Part shown: positions 49,705 through 64,000 of the stretch, piece after piece
Position numbering within the stretch: position 1 is the stretch's first letter
Layout: the number at the start of each line of letters is the position of its first letter
Notes under the pieces: model-generated
Told to the model about the DNA's origin: nothing
The model's database searches: none
What the model saw: only the letters and a program-made list of their open reading frames with translations
DNA from: the human T2T-CHM13v2.0 reference genome, Homo sapiens
Reading direction: 5' to 3' (one strand)
NCBI RefSeq assembly: GCF_009914755.1
Contig: NC_060940.1
DNA length: 64,000 bases
Made by a program: the position numbers and the translations under genes

Positions 49705-49999
49705 CCCCGCCCGGCCCCTGCCCCCTCCAACCCTTCTGGCCCTCGCACCACTGTGACTCTGCCATCTTCCTCAGACGGAGGCTGGGCGTGGGGGGGGGCT
49801 GTCCTGGCTCTGCTGTCCCCCAAGAGGGTGCTTCGAGGGTGAGGACTTCTCTGGAGAGGCCTGGAGACCTAGCTCCATGTTCCTCCTCCTCTCTCCCCAC
49901 TTGAACCATGAAGTTTCCAATAATTTTTTTTTCTTTTTTTCCTTCTTTTTTCTGTTTGTTTTTAGATAAAAATTTTGAGAAAAAAAATGAAAAAATTCT

Positions 50000-50005
50000 A
50001 ATAAA
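50000..50005 (+). terminator. PPP4C: PPP4C polyadenylation signal
   Basis: AATAAA about 300 nt after the stop, with a downstream GT-rich tract. Confidence 0.88.
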
Positions 50006-50462
50006 AGAAGAAAAATGGTTTTTGGGTTTGTGCCAGACTTGGTTGGGAATGCACAGGGTTGCTGGCCTGGGACCTGGGGTGGACGTCAGGGCCTTGACTG
50101 CCTCAGGGCCCCGACCTGCCAAGAGGGCCAGGCTCAGGCCAGTCAGCTTGCCCAGGGCCTCCAGGGGCCGCTGCCTGCTGGCTTCCCCAGCCCTAGGGAG
50201 AGGGCTCTGTTCTCATGGGCAGCCTTATCTTATTAACAGCATACACACACAGGCACACACAGAATCACAGGATTCTGATTTCTCCATTTTCCTGAAGAGG
50301 AGATGGGCCTAGAGGGCCAGTGGATTTTGTGCTAGGTCAGGCAGCTGGAAACACAGGTCTAGATCTGGGCCTGGGTCTCCTAGCAAAGCCTTTGCTCACC
50401 CAGCCCCGCCCAGGGCCAAACACAGGAGCCCAATGTTTCCTGAGCATGGATGGCTTTTGAGT

Positions 50463-50468
50463 TTTATT
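50463..50468 (-). terminator. TBX6: TBX6 polyadenylation signal
   Basis: TTTATT on + (AATAAA on -) about 400 nt past the TBX6 stop. Confidence 0.82.
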
Positions 50469-50867
50469 AACAAAAATACTCTGGTCCCAGAACAACAGAC
50501 TGGTGTGGCCTGCACCAGTGTGTGTGGGGGGGTGGGGATTGAGCCCCTCCAGAGCCCATGGGGAGGCCTGGTAAGTGGGGATGCTGGTCTGTGGCCCCAT
50601 TTGGCCAGGCAGAGCCCCTTCCATTCACACGGAGGTGAGAGCCGGGAAGGGGAAGCCGGCCCCAGCTGGACTCCCAGCAGCCTTGGTTAGGCTTTGAAGC
50701 CAGAGGGGGGTGGGAGTGAAATCAAGGTGTGAAGTTGAGGGGGTGGGTGGGCAGGCCCAAGGCGGCCATTTGGTGTGGGGGATGGGGCCGGTGGAGGTGA
50801 GGGGGCTCCAGGGCTGGGGGAAGGGAGCGGGAGGTTTGTGATGGAGGCAGAGGGGCCCAGCAGTGGT

Positions 50868-56620
<5,753 letters not shown>

Positions 56621-56970
56621 GAGCCGGACGGACCACGCGGGGGCCGCTGGGAGTTGCAGTCCGACCGCGAGGGGGCTGCGAGGCCGGCGGCGCGGTTGCC
56701 TCCCTGGGACGCTGCCCCTAGGCGGCGGCCAAACGCTGCAGATGAGCAGACGCAGATCAGCCGAGGTCACGGCGTAGGCAGCCAGAGTGGGCTCAGGACC
56801 TCCGCCAGCAGTGAAACCGTCCCGGTTCCCGGAGACCCAGCTTGGACGGCTGTGCCTACCCCATGCCCCGCCGGGGCTCAGAACCGCACAGGTCTATAGG
56901 GGCGGAAATCTCCGCTTGAGCTCCCCCTTCCCGGATTACACGCGAGCCTGAGCTGTCTCCACTCCATTGT

Positions 56971-56976
56971 TTTATT
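56971..56976 (-). terminator. YPEL3: YPEL3 polyadenylation signal
   Basis: TTTATT on + about 375 nt past the stop. Confidence 0.8.
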
Positions 56977-57349
56977 ATGTACAAACGCTACAGAACGAGG
57001 GGGACAGACACGCGTGGGGTAAGAAGGGCCTGGTGGGAGGAGTTCACAGAGCAGACGGTGCACTGGGACCAGGAGAGCAGAACACAGGCCATAACTATAG
57101 GGCAGGTGGGGCAGGAACGGGTTAAAAACGAGATCCAAGCCAGCCAGATCGCAGGAGGTGCGGGGGCGTCGTCCCCCTTCTGTTCTCCCCCCAAGGTCAC
57201 AGTGCATGCAATAAAATATATATACAGGAGCTAGATCCGTCCTCTGCAGGGGCTCTGAGGGTCCAGAGCTCCCTTCGGGTGGCGGGAAGCCAGTGGCGCT
57301 CCCTGGCGGCCAGGCCGGGCTGGAGCCACATGCGTCGGGGGAGCGGGGG

Positions 57350-60008
<2,659 letters not shown>

Positions 60009-60549
60009 GGCGGGGGCCGGGGGCAGTGGCCCCACGCGGGGAGCGGCCCACGGGGAGCAGAGGGAGCCCAGTGCCTGCCGGGGAGGGAGTAGGTGGGCTG
60101 TCAGGACCTGGGCCACACACATGCGAGGCACTCCCAGAGCCGTGGGGACTCGCTCTGTCACACTGGGCTGCTCTCTCCTTTCCCCAGAGCCAGCAGCCTC
60201 TCCGGGGACCAGAGGCGTCTCGGTTTTGACTCAGTGAGGAGGCCTCAGGTTGCATCCATGGGGAAACTGAGGCTCGGAGGTGCCCAGGGTGAGTCACCCG
60301 CCTGCTTCCGGCCTCACCCTTGCTGACCTGGCAGCTGAAGCTGGAGGAAGGGGCTTTGGAGGGGCTGGGCTGTCAGTTCCCAGTTTCGGGGGAGCATGGG
60401 CGGGTAGGCACTGGTTGGTCCTTGCGACCTCATCTGGAGAGCAGTGGGGTTCACTGGTGGTTTAGGGGGTTCATCGGGGAGAGGGTCCCCCACCTGGAGG
60501 AGGTAGGAGGCCTCGCCGTGAAGGTTGAGGGTCACCTAGGAGGGGAGGG

Positions 60550-61300
60550 GCTCTCACCTGCGGGCGCCAAGGCCTCCTCTACGCTCAGGGGCTCTTACCT
60601 GCATCGCGGAGCCTTACCTGGACTCCGGGGCTCACCTGGGGCGCGGGGGTGGGGGCGGGCGCCGGGGGAGGGGGCAGTCCTCGCGGGCTGGGCAGGGGCG
60701 CGGGGCGACACGCAGCCCTGACGGCGCGGGCCTCACCTCGCCTGGGCGCGCGGGGCCCGGTCCGCCGGGGTGGGCTGGCCTGGGAGTGGGGGGCGCTCCT
60801 GGCGGGCGCCGTCCCCCCCGGGCCCGGGTTCGCAGGCGCCTGGACTTGTTTACACCGAGCCCAGCTGCTGCCGCCGCTGCGGCGGGAGGGGGAGGGGACC
60901 CGCCTCCTGTCCCGGCGGCCGCCGTGGCCAATGGGCGCTCCGCATGCAAATGAGGGGGCGCGTCACACGGCGGCCGGCGCAGGCCCCGACCGCCCCTCCC
61001 CCGCCGCCCGCTCCCGCCGGCCCGGAAATGCGGCTGCGGCCCGCGCGCCCCAGGCCTGCTCGCATTCCTGCTTGTGGCCCGCGCAGGGGCGGGGTCGGAG
61101 GGTCTAGGCCGGGCGCGGAGCGAGGAAGCGGGTGGCGCTGGGACGCATGCTCTGGGGGAGATGAGTATAATGACCCGCGTTTGTCCGCCGCCCGTGCCCC
61201 GCTCAATCCCCGCATCAATCCCGTGAGGCCGTTTCTCCCGTTGGCTCCACTGTACCGGGGGCTGAGGCCCAGGGAGGTCTCGCGGCTCCCTAGGTTATCC
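60550..61300. promoter_or_regulatory. YPEL3: YPEL3 CpG-island promoter (probably bidirectional)
   Basis: Very CpG-rich; FOXO-type TTGTTTAC 60846-60853, CCAAT 60928-60932, octamer ATGCAAAT 60944-60951, ETS CCGGAAAT near 61022, GC boxes; exon 1 donor GAG|GTGAGG on - at 60737/60736. Confidence 0.85.
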
Positions 61301-61490
61301 AGCTAGTAAGAGGCGAAGCTGGAATTCTCACTGTGGGCCCATTCCATGGCTTTTGCCAGAGCGCCAGGGACACACTCAGTTCACCTTCTAGCAGGGAAGA
61401 CCCAAAGATGCGCGCCCCTGGCAGCCAGGGCGTCGGACCAGGCAATTCCTACTGTCCAGCATCACCTCCTCCAGGCCTCTCGGATGCCTC

Positions 61491-61847
61491 TGTTGGGACA
61501 GCTAAGTTCCTCTTCAAAGACTCAATTTCCTGGTCATAAGCTGTAAACAGATTCTACTCCCGCTTTTTCTTCTTTGTCGCACGTCTACCCTATTTGGGAA
61601 AGTTTAAACCTTAGCCAATCGGGATCAGCTCAGATTGTGCGGTCCAACCCCCCAGCCAATGGGGAAAGGACACAGAAACAGGAACTGCGTTAGGGTTAAA
61701 AACCACTTCCCTCCTTTGTTGGCGGGTGCTCTTGGGATTGCAACCAGCGCAAGCAGCACCCTTCTGCAGAAGTAAAGATGCCTTGCTGGGAAGTCTTCTG
61801 TCTCAGTGCTGGTTTTTCTTGACTACACTGAGCACTTGTTTTCAACA
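61491..61847 (+). mobile_element. 5' LTR of an ERV1 provirus (LTR10 family, HERV-I/HERVIP10 group)
   Basis: TGTTG...CAACA inverted termini; CCAAT boxes at 61615 and 61656; TATA-like GTTAAAAA near 61695; AGTAAA poly(A) signal 61771-61776; followed by a PBS. Confidence 0.8.
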
Positions 61848-61851
61848 AATT

Positions 61852-61868
61852 TGAGGGTCTTCTGGGAT
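61852..61868 (+). other. Degenerate tRNA-Pro primer-binding site
   Basis: TGAGGG-TCTTCTGGGAT vs PBS-Pro TGGGGGCTCGTCCGGGAT (14 of 18 by eye), 4 nt after the LTR end. Confidence 0.65.
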
Positions 61869-62378
61869 CCCATTCTCCTTTGGGAGGGGTAGCGATTACT
61901 TTTCCTCGTGAGACACGTCCCACTGCCTTGTTGCAGTGGCCCAAGGAGCGGAGGATCGGGTCCACCCAAAGTGAGGAATAAATCCGGACTTTCAGCAACG
62001 TGGGCAGGAAGGAGCCTTAAAATTCCCAGGCAAGTGGGTAACTCTGTGCACAGACCAAGGTAAGAAAAGTTGCTACTGGGGCGACAAAGTATTTCCTTGG
62101 TGGTTGGGGTCACTTGGAGGTTGAAAGTGCATGGCTGAGACATGTCAGTGGACACGAATCGAGTGTGGAGTCCAGACTTGGTTCCATGGTCACCTCATAA
62201 GGCTTAGGGCGGTTTTCCAGTCGGGGATTATACCGACCCGCTAATGCTAAGAGGGGCCTGAAATTCCCACGAGGGAAGCGGCCAAAAAGTACGAAGCGAT
62301 TATTCATATGAGTGCAAGAAACCTCCAATGGGAAAAGGGAGAGGTTAAGCCCCTAGGAAATGGGCACCAACCTCCAGA

Positions 62379-63680
62379 ATGGGAAATACCCCAAGTAAGA
62401 CAGGGAGTACAAAAGGCCAAGCAGACAATAAAATTCCCCCTGACAGTCCTCTGGGCCTTATGTTAGAGTACTGGAGGTATAATGAAAGAACCATGTAACA
62501 CAAGGAAAGACAGTGAATGATAAAATATTGCTGTTTTATTTGGACCAAAGAACCTATCCTCAGACCCTCAGTCTTTTGGCCAAAGTTTGGATCAGACGAG
62601 GATTGGATATGCCAACTCTTAATCCAGTATGTTAATAAAAAAAGTCCAGTCTCTCAAGAGGAAATAGATTATGCTCTGTGTTGGAGACAGGAACATGTCC
62701 TTCCCTTTCCCTTAAAGGATGACGTAAAAGAGAAACCAAACTCAGTACCCTCCTAGGACAACCCAGTTAAGTCAGATTCTACATCTAAAGATGCCAATGT
62801 ATAGGATCCCCTAGACCATCTTCCCCCGCCTACCCCACCTCAGGCTAATCACTCAGTCCCTCCCCCACATAACCCTGCCCTGTGGGCCTTGTGGCCCCAC
62901 ATCCCCATTGAGCAGCCACCCGAACATGTCCTTTCCTCAGGAAAACTCCAGCACGAGATGGAACAATGCCGGAGGGATATTCAGAACTTTCCTTTTCCCT
63001 CTTCCTCAAAGGGGTCTGCCCCAACCCCTTTTCCCTTAAGTACCACTGGGAGGAGGGGGTATTGGTTTCGTAAATGCCCCCTTAACTAGTTCAGAGGTTA
63101 GAAATCTGAAAAAGGAACTCAAACCATTATCAGATGATCCTTTTGGAGTCACAGATCAAATTGAACAATTTTTAGGGCCGCAATTGTATACTTGGGCTGA
63201 ATTAATGTCCATCTTAGGTATTCTCTTCTCAGGGGAGGAAAGAACCATGATCCGCAGGGCTGCTATGATAGTCTGGGAATGTGAACACCCTCTTGGTCAA
63301 AACATCCCTGCAGCAGAGCAGAAATTCCCAGCCCAGGACCCTCAGTGGAATAGGAACAATGCAGCCCACTGAGAAAACATGAAAGACCTCAGGGATATGA
63401 TAATTAAAGGGATTCAGGAATTGGTGCCTCAAACCCAAAATATTTCTCGAGCATTTAATGTACACCAAGAAAAAGATGAAGGGCCCATGGAATTTTTAAA
63501 GACACTTAAGGAGCAAATAAGAAAATATTCAGGCTTAGACATAGAGGACCCACTTGGACAAGGGATGTTAAAGCTCTATTTTATCACCAACAGTCGGCCG
63601 GACATTAGAAAGAAATTACAAAAGATAGAAAATTGGCAAGACTGCTCCATAGAGGAACTTTTAATTAAGAGAGGCTCAAA
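62379..63680 (+). pseudogene. Decayed gag of an HERV-I/HERVIP10-type provirus (stops and frameshifts), truncated by an Alu
   Basis: MGNTPSKTG...IPPDSPLGLMLEYW...MIKYCCFIWTKEP...WPKFGSDEDWICQ (matrix-like); capsid-like YTWAELMSILGILFSGEER and MHR-like QEKDEGPMEFLKTLKEQIRKY; in-frame stops. Confidence 0.85.
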
Positions 63681-63993
<313 letters not shown>

Positions 63994-64000
63994 TTAACTC

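Larger units (their letters stand above)
61050..62059 (+). ncRNA. Possible divergent lncRNA (YPEL3-DT) running into the ERV; boundaries uncertain
   Basis: Bidirectional CpG promoter, same-strand LTR and strong donor AAG|GTAAGA at 62059/62060; existence recalled from annotation, not provable from sequence. Confidence 0.3.

Overview
Human (primate) genomic DNA, extremely Alu-dense. Gene order and translated proteins identify it as the 16p11.2 segment TLCD3B(FAM57B) 5' region (-) / LOC112694756 (+) / ALDOA (+) / PPP4C (+) / TBX6 (-) / YPEL3 (-), ending in the 5' LTR, leader and decayed gag of an HERV-I/HERVIP10-type (LTR10 family) provirus. I reconstructed complete spliced CDSs by hand with GT-AG junctions: ALDOA 364 aa (plus a 418-aa N-extended isoform), PPP4C 307 aa, TBX6 436 aa, YPEL3 119/157 aa. 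The most interesting element is missed by the ORF track because it is split over four phase-0 exons: a 139-aa, 20-cysteine, single-pass membrane protein (18144-28488). It lies downstream of a CpG promoter with a perfect RFX X-box, has no visible poly(A) signal of its own, and its last coding exon is continuous with the ALDOA upstream non-coding exons, implying a bicistronic or NMD-type read-through unit with aldolase A. Other notable items: a p53-like element in the ERV leader about 1.3 kb from the YPEL3 promoter, a dense cluster of consensus 5' splice sites in YPEL3 intron 1, and a PBX-type motif at the inferred position of a TBX6 regulatory SNP. Most ORFs in the supplied track are Alu, simple-repeat or CpG-island artefacts. 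No tRNA, rRNA or CRISPR array was seen. Repeat family and boundary calls are by eye and approximate.
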